Shown here one piece after another: positions 20,442-29,364 of a stretch of DNA of 64,000 bases (position 1 is its first letter; every line of letters starts with the position of its first letter). Below the pieces are notes generated by a model that did not search any database, was not told where the DNA came from, and worked only from the letters and a program-made list of their open reading frames with translations. The translations under genes and the position numbers were made by a program. Source of the DNA: an uncultured Myxococcales bacterium (lineage in GTDB: Bacteria; Myxococcota_A; Polyangia; Fen-1088). The DNA lies in contig CAYUFS010000023.1 in the NCBI GenBank assembly GCA_964443975.1, positions 1,953 to 65,952 of the forward strand. Direction: 5' to 3'.

Positions 20442-21017
20442 TCAGCCCTCCAAGTCTTCCCCGCGTACCGATCGCCAGAGCTCTTCGAGGCCCAGGTCGG
20501 CCACCCACCGTTCGATGTATGCGATATCCAGATCGTCTCCCCGGAGCTGGAGGATGCCCGAAACGTCTCGCAGCTGGAGCTGGCTGCCGCCCCCTTGCTT
20601 CGCCCACTCCAGTTTCGAGAGCAGCGTGTCTTCGGGCGAGGCGACGAAGACGCGCGCGCCCAGCAGATCGGCTTCGACGCGGCGGCGCATCTCCTCCACG
20701 GAAAATGGCCGCGCCTTCCGCACGATCAGGTCGGCCTTCCAGGCGGTCGCCATGTCGATGACATTGAACAGCCCACGACGACGAAGCGCATCGAACGCTG
20801 CCTCGGCATCGACGTAGTAGTCCTCGGGCGGGAGATCGGAGAGAAAGCGGCGAAGCGATTCGGCCTGTGGATCGATGACGAGATCGAGGTCCTGGCTGCT
20901 GCGTGGCACGCCATGGAACGAGCTGGCGAAGGATCCGACCACCATGCTCGGCACGCCAGCAGCGGCCAGCTTGGCCGTCAAGCGCGACAGGAAGGCGCCA
21001 GCGCCCCCATCGGTCAT
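20442..21017 (-). CDS. Minimal nucleotidyltransferase-fold protein (Pol-beta superfamily)
   Basis: hG[GS]-x(9-13)-DhD pattern in VGSFASSFHGVPRSSQDLDLVID. The start at the internal ATG 21017 forms an ATGA overlap with the upstream gene's stop. The ORF-track form extends to 21044. Confidence 0.5.
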   Translation of the reverse strand: MTDGGAGAFLSRLTAKLAAAGVPSMVVGSFASSFHGVPRSSQDLDLVIDPQAESLRRFLSDLPPEDYYVDAEAAFDALRRRGLFNVIDMATAWKADLIVRKARPFSVEEMRRRVEADLLGARVFVASPEDTLLSKLEWAKQGGGSQLQLRDVSGILQLRGDDLDIAYIERWVADLGLEELWRSVRGEDLEG

Positions 21018-21373
21018 GGCGCCAGCAGCGAATGCGCCGGCCATGCGCGACGAAACAGCTCGTCGCCTAGCCAGAGTCGGCGAAGCGCGCGCTCGACCTC
21101 TTCATCGGTGTAGTCGGGATGGCGTGCACGAATCCCTCCGCGCGCGAGCTCCCTCGTGTCGGCCGACAACCTCGCCGCTATGTTCGCTCGACCCGCTGAC
21201 CCCAAGCGCCGATAGGCCTGCAGCTGGGCCTCGTGGCTCTCCGATGTCGTGTCTCGCGACCGCACTTCACAGGAATATACCTCGGCTGCGCAGGTCAATG
21301 GGATCTCGAACCGCTGCGGCAAGTGCGCGGGCCGTGCGCCCGGCGTGCCACGGCCGATCTCTTCGGCTACCAT
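21014..21373 (-). CDS. Hypothetical 120-aa protein coupled to the nucleotidyltransferase
   Basis: The internal Met at 21373 gives MVAEEIGRGTPG...HPDYTDEEVERALRRLWLGDELF. Only this downstream part has protein-like composition; the 5' 100 codons of ORF 21014..21673 are Arg/Gly-rich. Confidence 0.4.
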   Translation of the reverse strand: MVAEEIGRGTPGARPAHLPQRFEIPLTCAAEVYSCEVRSRDTTSESHEAQLQAYRRLGSAGRANIAARLSADTRELARGGIRARHPDYTDEEVERALRRLWLGDELFRRAWPAHSLLAP

Positions 21374-21379
21374 CGAGAG

Positions 21380-22360
21380 ATGCGCAGGCACGTGGACTGG
21401 CGTTGGGTCGTGGGTGGGTTGAGCGCCGCGATGACTGCTGCGGGGGCGCCCTCGGCGGCAGAAGCGTGCGGCGGCCCACCGCCGTATATGCCGATCGGGC
21501 TGCCGCGACCGGCCGCGACCGCTGTTTCCACCGCGACGTCGATCGTCGTGATCTGGCAGGGCCAGCCCGCCGGTCTCGCCTTGCAGGCCGCGGGGCAGGA
21601 CGTGCCACTCGCCGAGGCCTTCGGTCTCGGTCTGGGCGCCGAGGGATTCAACCGAGCGCTTTCGTTCTGGCAAGTCCGTCCTGCGACGGCCAGCGGGCTG
21701 CTAGCACCGAGCGCGGAGCACGTGCTGACGGCGACGTACCAGGGCAGCACTGTCGAGGTCACGCGCTTCACGACCGCCGCCGGCTACGACAAGGCCGAGG
21801 GCGTCGCGCCGATCGTGCGCGCCCTTCAGCTCTGGCGTGTCCGCTACCCCCTGTCGGACATCGGCTCGGGGAACTGCGTGTTCGCCGAGTATCACGGCTT
21901 CCTGACCGTCGACTACGATCCCGCCACGGTCCCGAACACCCCGCCGGCATCGGTGGTGCAAACGTTCCGCCTGGCCCCGAAGACCGGCGGCGGTGCGCAG
22001 GTGTTCAACTACGTCGGCGACGCGCCGTTCGCCGGTCTGGCGCCGAGCGGCGACCACCCGCTGCCGCTCGGTCTCTGGCAGCCCGAGCTCGATCCGACGC
22101 TCGAGTATTGCCTGACCATCTCGGCCTCCGGCGACGGCGACATTGCGCGTCTGCGGCTCGAAAGCCAGCCGGTTTGCGCGACGGTGGCGCAGCTCTCGGC
22201 GTCGGGCGCGCCACCCTCGCCCGTGATCAGCGGCGCTGGCGGCGCAGGCGGAAGCGGCGGTTGTAGCGTGGCCGGAGATGCCGGTGCCGTTCCGGCGCTG
22301 GTCGTGGCATCGCTCGCGTTCGTGCGCGCGCTCCGGCGTCGGCCCCGATCAGCGTCGTGA
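21380..22360 (+). CDS. Secreted protein with a MYXO-CTERM-type C-terminal sorting signal
   Basis: The start at the internal Met gives signal peptide MRRHVDWRWVVGGLSAAMTAAGAPSAAEA. The C-terminus GAGGAGGSGGCSVAGDAGAVPALVVASLAFVRALRRRPRSAS has a Gly-rich stretch, a Cys, a TM helix and a basic tail. Confidence 0.6.
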   Translation: MRRHVDWRWVVGGLSAAMTAAGAPSAAEACGGPPPYMPIGLPRPAATAVSTATSIVVIWQGQPAGLALQAAGQDVPLAEAFGLGLGAEGFNRALSFWQVRPATASGLLAPSAEHVLTATYQGSTVEVTRFTTAAGYDKAEGVAPIVRALQLWRVRYPLSDIGSGNCVFAEYHGFLTVDYDPATVPNTPPASVVQTFRLAPKTGGGAQVFNYVGDAPFAGLAPSGDHPLPLGLWQPELDPTLEYCLTISASGDGDIARLRLESQPVCATVAQLSASGAPPSPVISGAGGAGGSGGCSVAGDAGAVPALVVASLAFVRALRRRPRSAS

Positions 22361-22373
22361 CGGAGCTGCCGCT

Positions 22374-22961
22374 GTGATTCTTGGCTCGACGCGCGAGGGC
22401 CGCTTCGGCGACAAGCCCGCCCACTGGATCCTCGGCGAGGCGAGCCGGCAGCCCGGAGTCGTGGCCGAGCTGCTCGACCTGCGCGACTTCCCGCTGCCGT
22501 TCTTCGACCGGCCCCAGTCACCCATCCGCGAGGGCGGCGTCTACCGCGACCCCGCCGTCACCCGCTGGGCCGCGCAGATCGCCCCGGCCGACGCCTACAT
22601 CGTCGTCGGGCCCGAGTACAACCACGGCTACTCGGCGGTGCTCAAGAACGCGCTCGATCACCTCTATCCCGAGTGGGTGCGCAAGCCGGTCGGGTTCGTG
22701 AGCTACGGCAACGCCGGCGGGGCGCGCGCCGTCGAGCAGCTTCGCCTCGTCGCCGTCGAGCTGCAGATGTGGCCGATCAGGACGGCCCTCCACCTCCCCC
22801 TCGAGGTCTACCTCGCGGCGATGAAGGAGCCCGTGCCGCCCAACCCGCAGGTCTTCGAGCCGCTCAAGAAGGGCATCGGCGGCGACCGCGTCGCGCAATT
22901 CTTCGGCGATCTGCTCTGGGCGGCGCGCGCGCTCAAGGCCGCGCGTCACGCCGCGACGTGA
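22374..22961 (+). CDS. NAD(P)H-dependent FMN reductase family protein
   Basis: VILGSTREGRFGDKPAHWI...VVGPEYNHGYSAVLKNALDHL...VGFVSYGNAGG, a flavodoxin-like FMN-reductase pattern. GTG start chosen to avoid an 80-nt overlap with the upstream gene. Confidence 0.75.
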   Translation: MILGSTREGRFGDKPAHWILGEASRQPGVVAELLDLRDFPLPFFDRPQSPIREGGVYRDPAVTRWAAQIAPADAYIVVGPEYNHGYSAVLKNALDHLYPEWVRKPVGFVSYGNAGGARAVEQLRLVAVELQMWPIRTALHLPLEVYLAAMKEPVPPNPQVFEPLKKGIGGDRVAQFFGDLLWAARALKAARHAAT

Positions 22962-22988
22962 CAGCCTGGGGGGCGCGCCTCGCCCGCC

Positions 22989-24098
22989 TCAGCAGAGCAT
23001 GAGGCGGGCGAGCAGGCGCTCGAGGCGCAGCGCCAGCCAGGTGTCGGAGCTCGTGTGCGCGTGGTCCATCGCCGCGAACAGGTGCGTCTGCTCAAGATCG
23101 AGGCGCTCGGGGTGGCGCTCGAGCAGGCGCACGAAGTGGCCCACCGCACGACGCTGGTCGAAGCGGGTCCGCGCGACCACGGCGTGCTTGACCGTCGCGT
23201 GCAGGGCGAAGCGTCCTTCGAGGGGCTCCTGGACGAGATGCCACCGCCGCAAGAGGGCCAGCGCCCGCGAAGCGGCTACGGTGGCCTTGCCGCTGCCGCC
23301 GGTGCTCGCGCCCGCCAGTGATGCCAGCGAGGCGACGTCGATGTGGTCGCCTTGCATGTGGGCGAGGACCGCCAGCAACCGGCGCCCCGTCGCCCCGAGG
23401 CGGGGCCAGACCCAGGCCACGAGGAGTCGAAGCTCCGGGAGATCGTCCTCGTGGGCGATCACCGAGACCTCACCCACGCCGCTCTTCACCAGCCAACCAC
23501 CGAGCGCTGTGACGGACACGGCGCCGCTGCCGACGAGCGCGTTGCTGATGTCGAGGGCGAGCGGGTTCCAGCGCAGGAGCGCCGTCAGCGCCGCGACGGC
23601 CGGGAAGGGACTGCGGCCGCTCGTCACGAGCGGGGGGACCACCGGGAACACGGACACGCCCGCGAGCAGGCACCGGCGCGCCGTCAGCACCCAGGTGACC
23701 GGCAGTCCCGCCAGCGCGTTCAGAAACCGGGCCATGGCCCGATCGTCCTCGTGGTTGTCGAGCACGATGAGCGTGCGCCCGCGTCGTTCGAGGCCCCGGC
23801 GCAGCTCGGTGACACGGCGGTCGCGCTCCTGGAACCCGCCGAGCGGGATCTTCATGCGAATCGCCAGCATGTCGAGCAACGTCAGCGCGTCCCACGCGCC
23901 GACGCGGAACCACTCGATGCCGCCGGGGTGCTCGGCGCGCACGCGATGCCCCAGGGCAGCCGCCAGGGTCGACTTGCCACCGCCGCCCGGACCGACGAGC
24001 GCCAGCCGCGGCGTCAGGCCGGCGCGACACACTGCCACCAGCGTCCTCAGCTCCGCCGTGCGGCCACGAAACGGTTCGGGTCTAGGAGGGAACGCCAC
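22989..24098 (-). CDS. P-loop NTPase of the NB-ARC/STAND-like type with no recognisable effector domain
   Basis: Walker A LALVGPGGGGKSTLAAALG and Walker B TLIVLDNHED in 369 aa. It is the last gene of an ECF-sigma operon. Confidence 0.6.
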   Translation of the reverse strand: MAFPPRPEPFRGRTAELRTLVAVCRAGLTPRLALVGPGGGGKSTLAAALGHRVRAEHPGGIEWFRVGAWDALTLLDMLAIRMKIPLGGFQERDRRVTELRRGLERRGRTLIVLDNHEDDRAMARFLNALAGLPVTWVLTARRCLLAGVSVFPVVPPLVTSGRSPFPAVAALTALLRWNPLALDISNALVGSGAVSVTALGGWLVKSGVGEVSVIAHEDDLPELRLLVAWVWPRLGATGRRLLAVLAHMQGDHIDVASLASLAGASTGGSGKATVAASRALALLRRWHLVQEPLEGRFALHATVKHAVVARTRFDQRRAVGHFVRLLERHPERLDLEQTHLFAAMDHAHTSSDTWLALRLERLLARLMLC

Positions 24099-24134
24099 GC
24101 AAGGGATGTATCACGTTTGCGCGGGCGGCGGGGC

Positions 24135-24926
24135 TCACGGCGCGCCGTCCAGGTGGGCGATCTCGGGGGCGCTCAGGGCCCGCTGATAGATCCGGATCTC
24201 GTCGACCGCGCCCTGAAAGGGCCAGATCAAGCCGTCGACGGCTTGCTCGATGCCGATGTGCAGGATGGTGTTTCCGGGCATGATCACCGATGGAATCGAC
24301 GTCTGGGACTGCATCACGGCGCCCTGGTAAAGGGACATCGTGAGGGCCCGGCTGTCGACGACCGCCGTCACATGCATCCACAGGTCGGGCTGGATCTGGC
24401 AGCACAGCAGCGCGCTGTAGTGTCCGGTGGAATCCCTGAAGCTGAATTCGAGCTCGGACGTCATGTTGCTCGCGGGCCCCTGCAGCTCCCAGCCGCCCGG
24501 GGTGACGACGATGCTCGGATCGCCGTGTGCGCTCGGGACCTCGGTAGTGACGATGCTGGCGAGATCGGTCCCGATGTCGGCCTGGGCGTAACGGACCCAC
24601 GCCGAGACTGTCCAGTCCGCCGTGGCCGCTGGGAAGCTCGGGACGGTCACGTAGTCACCGCGGGTGAGGTAGAGCGCACCGGCGAATTGCCCATCGGCGA
24701 TCCACAGGCCGCCGGTCAGCGCGCCGGCGAGCCCATTTCCCGAGCTGTCGAGCACGGTGGCGCCCTGGCCGTCATCGAACCGCCAGTGGGCGACGAGGCC
24801 GACGTCGATTGTGGGCGCATCGACGGCGTCGAGCGTGCCGGCGCCGCACGCGGTCGCGAGCGCGCACGTCACCGCGAGCGCGAGCGCTGGCAGCCCGGGC
24901 ACGGCGGCACGCGACGACCCCATCAA
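24135..24926 (-). CDS. LamG-like (concanavalin A-like jellyroll) lipoprotein
   Basis: Lipobox LATACG, then LVAHWRFDDGQGATVLDSSGNGLAGAL...GDYVTVPS...WTVSAWV, which is typical of the LamG-like jellyroll family. ATGA overlap with the upstream gene. Confidence 0.7.
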   Translation of the reverse strand: MMGSSRAAVPGLPALALAVTCALATACGAGTLDAVDAPTIDVGLVAHWRFDDGQGATVLDSSGNGLAGALTGGLWIADGQFAGALYLTRGDYVTVPSFPAATADWTVSAWVRYAQADIGTDLASIVTTEVPSAHGDPSIVVTPGGWELQGPASNMTSELEFSFRDSTGHYSALLCCQIQPDLWMHVTAVVDSRALTMSLYQGAVMQSQTSIPSVIMPGNTILHIGIEQAVDGLIWPFQGAVDEIRIYQRALSAPEIAHLDGAP

Positions 24927-26086
24927 AATCGCGCCTTCATCGTCACGGTGGCGGAGAGCCCGGGCCGACCCGTTCGGCCGCCGTCCAGCCCCGCGATCCG
25001 CACCTGTGGTTCGGGGAAGAGAAGGAATGGGCCGCCCTCTGCCTCGAGGGCCAGCCGCGGGGTCAGCGTCATTCCTGCTCCGGCCGAGAGGCTGACCGCC
25101 GCCGACACCCGGCTCGCCGTCCGGGCCGTGTAAGGGGCGGTCGCGGTTCCCTGCGCGCGCACGTCGTGGATGCCCACGCCTATCGCGAAGATCGGATGCA
25201 CCCGGGTGCTCGTCGGCGTGACGACGAGCTCACCCTCTGCCAAGCTCTCGGTGAACGTGGCGCTGCCGTTCATCCCGTCCAGCCGCGCGCCCGTTCCGAA
25301 GCCAGCCACCACGATTCGCAACGAGGACCACGGGGAAAGCTCGTGAGCGGCGCGCAGCACCGGGGCGACAGTCGTGCCGAGTCCCTGCAAGCTCTTGAAG
25401 GCGACGACGCCGAGCGACAGCGCCCAACCATAGGAATCGACCGAGGCCACGGCCGTCGCCGGAGGCAGCGTGTCCGCTGGCGTCGAGGTCGTGGCCGTCC
25501 CGGTTGCCGCTGCCGTCGGGCTCGCGGGTGCGGTCGCGGTCGTCGCGGGGGTGGCTGGCTCCGTAGCCGGGGCGAGGCTGGCGGGAGCCGTCTGTCCGTC
25601 GGCCATCGCGGCGGGCCGGGCGACCAGGAAGTCGAACATGCGCGCGCGTAGAAAATCGACAGCCTTCACCGCCAGCACGACCGACGCGCGATCGCCGGCT
25701 TGGTTCTCGACAGCCACGTGACCGAGCACGGTCTTGCCGGTGAGTCGATCGGTGAACCACACGTCGAAGGCGTGGGGGTCACCCCCGTTCACGAACGCCA
25801 CCGTCGCGACGGCGGATGCCGCGCGCGCGGCCTCCTCCATCTGCGCCAACGGCGTGCCCGAGGCGGAGCCCGCCACCACGGTGACCTCGAAACCGACGGA
25901 CGCCGCCTCGCCCTTGAAGCGACTCAGGGCCTCGGTGACCGCGGGATCGCCTCCCGGGGGCGCTACCACCGCGATCACGGGAATGGGCGCGCGCGCCGCG
26001 GGTGCCCGAGTCGCTGGTATTCGCGCCGCGGGTGCCGTGGCGGCTGCGAGCATCGCGGCCCACAACGCGGGACCGAGGGCGTTCAC
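24923..26086 (-). CDS. Secreted protein with a Thr/Ala/Pro-rich linker and a C-terminal beta-rich domain ending in Phe (outer-membrane-protein-like)
   Basis: A GTG at 26086 gives signal peptide VNALGPALWAAMLAAATAPAA and forms a GTGA overlap with the anti-sigma stop. The C-terminus ...LSATVTMKARF ends in an aromatic residue as outer-membrane barrels do. The ORF-track form (start 26551) is Arg-rich upstream. Confidence 0.5.
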   Translation of the reverse strand: MNALGPALWAAMLAAATAPAARIPATRAPAARAPIPVIAVVAPPGGDPAVTEALSRFKGEAASVGFEVTVVAGSASGTPLAQMEEAARAASAVATVAFVNGGDPHAFDVWFTDRLTGKTVLGHVAVENQAGDRASVVLAVKAVDFLRARMFDFLVARPAAMADGQTAPASLAPATEPATPATTATAPASPTAAATGTATTSTPADTLPPATAVASVDSYGWALSLGVVAFKSLQGLGTTVAPVLRAAHELSPWSSLRIVVAGFGTGARLDGMNGSATFTESLAEGELVVTPTSTRVHPIFAIGVGIHDVRAQGTATAPYTARTASRVSAAVSLSAGAGMTLTPRLALEAEGGPFLLFPEPQVRIAGLDGGRTGRPGLSATVTMKARF

Positions 26087-27456
26087 GGCCCCGTGTGGTC
26101 GACGAGCACCTGGGTCGCTTCGTGGACATAAACCCCGCGGGGATAGGACGCAAGGTACCGCTTCGCGACGTCGCGGGCCGCGGAGAGTTGCTGGTCTCGC
26201 CGCAACAGGATCAACTGGCGGCCGAGGGCCTCCTCGGCGTAGGAGCCATGGGTCGCCTCGCGCAGGTAGCGATCGTACCAGGTCAGCGCCTCGCGGCCGT
26301 CCCCGTTCCCGGTCTCGCTGAGGCGCCCGAGGAAGAAGGCTGCGTCTCGCGCGCGCTCGCCCGACGCAAACCGCGTGCGCAGCGCCATCAGGGACCGCCG
26401 CGCGAGCTCGCGGCGGTGGGTGTAGCGGGCGGCGTCCGCCAGCGCGGCGAGGTTCTGCTCGGTCTCGAAGCCGAGGCACGCGTCGACTCCCCTCCGCGTG
26501 GCCTGGTCGACGATGGCGTCGAAATCTCCGTGGGTCAAGAGCTGCGTCCACGCCGGATGCGCGGGCAGCGACCGCGCCACATGATGGCTCTGGGTTCTCC
26601 GGTTCTTGTCGTCACGAAGCGCCGGCGCGGCGACGAAGGCCGCGCGCGTCGAGGGAGAAGGCGCGGGCGCCTCTGCGGGTGCGCTTGCCCCGACCTCTCG
26701 CGCCAGCGGACGACCCAAATCGTCCAGGAATACGGATGCGCCCGCCGCGACCATCCGGGGCGCCCGATCGCCCGGGCCGACAAGCGCCACCTCGCCCGTG
26801 TGCATCGTGAGCTGGAAGCGGTGGCTCGCTGCCTGCCAACCGAGCGCGAACGACGTGCCCTTGACATGGACCACGAACGGTCCCGCCGCGAACGTCCATG
26901 TCGCGCCCGGTCGATGTCGCACGTCGACCTCGACGAAGCCATCGAGCAGCCGCACGGCCGAGCCGGTGGCCGCAAGCGAACCCACCGTCACGCGGGTCTC
27001 CGGGCGCAGCCACACCCGCGAACCATCCGTGAAGCGAACCGTGACCGGGCCCTTCGACGACGACACCTCGGCGCCGGTTGCACCGGGGTCGGCGTGGCCG
27101 TCGCCGTCGCCGCTGACGCTGAACTGCAGCGGCGCGGGCGGCGTGGTCCGGGTGAGGCGCCACGCGACGGGAATCAGGATGGCGGTGACGGCGAACGCCA
27201 CGGCCAGGCGCGGGCCGCTTCGGAGCCACAGCCTCGCCCACCACGCGGGCACAGGCTCCTCGGGGGCCGCTTGCCCGGCGAGAAGGCTCCGCTGCAGGCG
27301 CTGCCAGCCCATCGCGCGTTGCCAGGGCGCCAGGGTCGCTGCCGGAAATTGCCGCGCCACCTCGGCGAATGCTTCGAGGCGATCTCGCCGATCGGCGGGG
27401 AGCTCATCGCCGCGAACGTCGCCAGCTCGGTCGAGTGGTTGCGAATCGCGCGTCAT
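26083..27456 (-). CDS. Anti-sigma factor, FecR-like with a single TM helix
   Basis: The start at the internal Met (MTRDSQPLDRAG...) overlaps the ECF sigma stop. TM helix LAVAFAVTAILIPVAW, then a FecR-like periplasmic region (VRLLDGFVEVDVRHRPGATWTF..GPFVVHVKGTSFAL). Confidence 0.7.
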   Translation of the reverse strand: MTRDSQPLDRAGDVRGDELPADRRDRLEAFAEVARQFPAATLAPWQRAMGWQRLQRSLLAGQAAPEEPVPAWWARLWLRSGPRLAVAFAVTAILIPVAWRLTRTTPPAPLQFSVSGDGDGHADPGATGAEVSSSKGPVTVRFTDGSRVWLRPETRVTVGSLAATGSAVRLLDGFVEVDVRHRPGATWTFAAGPFVVHVKGTSFALGWQAASHRFQLTMHTGEVALVGPGDRAPRMVAAGASVFLDDLGRPLAREVGASAPAEAPAPSPSTRAAFVAAPALRDDKNRRTQSHHVARSLPAHPAWTQLLTHGDFDAIVDQATRRGVDACLGFETEQNLAALADAARYTHRRELARRSLMALRTRFASGERARDAAFFLGRLSETGNGDGREALTWYDRYLREATHGSYAEEALGRQLILLRRDQQLSAARDVAKRYLASYPRGVYVHEATQVLVDHTGP

Positions 27457-28058
27457 CGAATGGGGCTCCCCTTCGGCCGCAAGAGCCGGTTCAGGCGTGG
27501 ATCGCCCTCGATTCCTGCTTCGACGAGGCGGACCCCGCGCTTCAGCCAGCGTTTTGTGGTGCTGAGCGAGATCCCGAGCCCGTCGGCGATCTCGGCAAGT
27601 TCCTGGTCCTCGATGTAGCGCAGCACGAACACCGCCCGGACCTTCTTGGGCATCTTGTCGAGGATCAACTGGACGCGCGCCAGCAGATCGCGCACCTCGG
27701 GATTGCTCGAGACGACCTCCGGACCGTCGCTGTGCAACAGGGCTTCCTGGCTCCGGCGACGGGATTGCGCGCGCCGGATTTCCCAGCGTACGACGCGAAT
27801 GGTGATCGAGTAGATGAAGCTCCGCAGGGCGCTGAGATCGCGGAGGCCAATGACGCGATGAAAGACGCGAAGGAACACATCCTGGAGGAGATCGTCGAAG
27901 TCGTGCCCGGGACCGAGCGCACGCCGCAGAACTCCATTCACCATGGGTGCGTACAGGTCCCACACCTTCCGTTGGGCCCATGGCTCGCGCGCCACGACGG
28001 CGCGCGCGAGCGCTTCGTCGGTACCGTCCGGCCGTCCGTCGTCGGTTACAGCACCCAT
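27453..28058 (-). CDS. ECF (group IV) RNA polymerase sigma factor
   Basis: Region 2 (DLLQDVFLRVFHRV) and a region 4 helix-turn-helix (LAEIADGLGISLSTTKRWLKRG). The start is taken at the internal Met 28058; the ORF-track start is 28157. Confidence 0.85.
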   Translation of the reverse strand: MGAVTDDGRPDGTDEALARAVVAREPWAQRKVWDLYAPMVNGVLRRALGPGHDFDDLLQDVFLRVFHRVIGLRDLSALRSFIYSITIRVVRWEIRRAQSRRRSQEALLHSDGPEVVSSNPEVRDLLARVQLILDKMPKKVRAVFVLRYIEDQELAEIADGLGISLSTTKRWLKRGVRLVEAGIEGDPRLNRLLRPKGSPIR

Positions 28059-28202
28059 CGAGTCACGAGACCCGTCGGCCGAGTCGTCGCAAACCATGAG
28101 GATAGCGAGGCTTCGGGCGGGTTCCAACAACAAAGATGCTGTTGCGGCGTGATTCACCCTGCCGTCCGCTCTTCCCGGGCGCTTGCCGGGCTGTTGCCGC
28201 GC

Positions 28203-29357
28203 TCAATCAAGACAACCCACGCGCTTCGTATCGAGGACGATGTCATCGTAGTACACGTCGAACGCGTACGTCGCCGGGTGCCAAGCGTAGTAGCCGAACC
28301 CGAACGCGGCGAATCCGCCCACCAGCCCGGTGGTCGCGCCGCCGAACGTGAACGCCTTTTGTGAGAAGTCGGCGACGCCGTCGACGTAGACGGTGGCCTG
28401 GTCGGGCGCGTCGTCGAACTCCCATTCGAGGCAAAACCACCTTCCGGTGGGGACGTGGCCGCCCGAGTGATAGTCCTCGCCGTTCGCCGGCGGAACGAGG
28501 TCGACGTAGGTCAGCTGCCAGGCGAGGGGCGCCGCGCTCGCGACCTCGAGGTATTTGTATTGCGGGAAGCCCACCGTGCCGGCGTACACGTATTCGGTGT
28601 GATTCGTGGGCGGCATCGGCGTGATCATGAAGTACGCGCGCCCGAAATGGTGACCCGCGAGGGCCGCGGGCGGCTTCTTGGTGATGATGAAGTCATAGCT
28701 GACGGCGTTCGGGTTCGCGTGGAAGTGCGCGGCGAACTTGCCGTGGCCCACCATGCCCGCTTGCGAAACGACGGCAGGGGGGGGCTGGCCCCCGTTGGTC
28801 TTGACGTCCCAGACCGCGGGATCGATCGCGCCGCTCTCGAAATCCTCGCAAAACAGGCCCTTGCATCCGGTGGTTCCGCCGTCCGGGGTCGCCCCGCCGG
28901 GCGAGCCGGCGTCCGCCGGGGACGCCGCCCCGCCCGTCGCTCCGCCCGCGGCTCCTGCACCGGCGTTCCCGCCCCCGCCTGCGCTCGCCGGTCCACCGGC
29001 AGCGCCACCCCCGGTGCTGGCTGGGTCGCTGGCGCCGGCTGTTCCGCCCGTGCCTGGGCGACCCCCCGTCGCGGCGACGGCGCCGCCGGTCCCCACTTCC
29101 GGCTCGACGCCACCCCCGCCGCCCGACCCGCTCGCGCCGCCGGTTGCTGTCACGGTGAGGCCCCCGGTGCCCTGGCGCCCCCCCGAGCCCGCGGGCGCGC
29201 CGCCCCCTGTCCCTCCGCCACTCGACGCGTCGAGCGAGCCGCCAGTGCCGCCGCCACCACCACCCGCCGTCTGCCGGGACGCGCACGCGGCCGGCCCCAC
29301 CAACGCCAAGAGCATGGGAACGAGCGTGAGGGCCGTCGGGCGCGCATGGAGCCGCAT
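28203..29357 (-). CDS. Lipoprotein with a Gly-rich linker and an unknown C-terminal domain
   Basis: Lipobox LVGPAAC, about 140 aa of GGTGG repeats, then a C-terminal domain starting GCKGLFCEDFESGAIDPAVWDV with aromatic-rich beta-type sequence. Confidence 0.6.
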   Translation of the reverse strand: MRLHARPTALTLVPMLLALVGPAACASRQTAGGGGGGTGGSLDASSGGGTGGGAPAGSGGRQGTGGLTVTATGGASGSGGGGGVEPEVGTGGAVAATGGRPGTGGTAGASDPASTGGGAAGGPASAGGGGNAGAGAAGGATGGAASPADAGSPGGATPDGGTTGCKGLFCEDFESGAIDPAVWDVKTNGGQPPPAVVSQAGMVGHGKFAAHFHANPNAVSYDFIITKKPPAALAGHHFGRAYFMITPMPPTNHTEYVYAGTVGFPQYKYLEVASAAPLAWQLTYVDLVPPANGEDYHSGGHVPTGRWFCLEWEFDDAPDQATVYVDGVADFSQKAFTFGGATTGLVGGFAAFGFGYYAWHPATYAFDVYYDDIVLDTKRVGCLD

Positions 29358-29364
29358 CCTCGCG

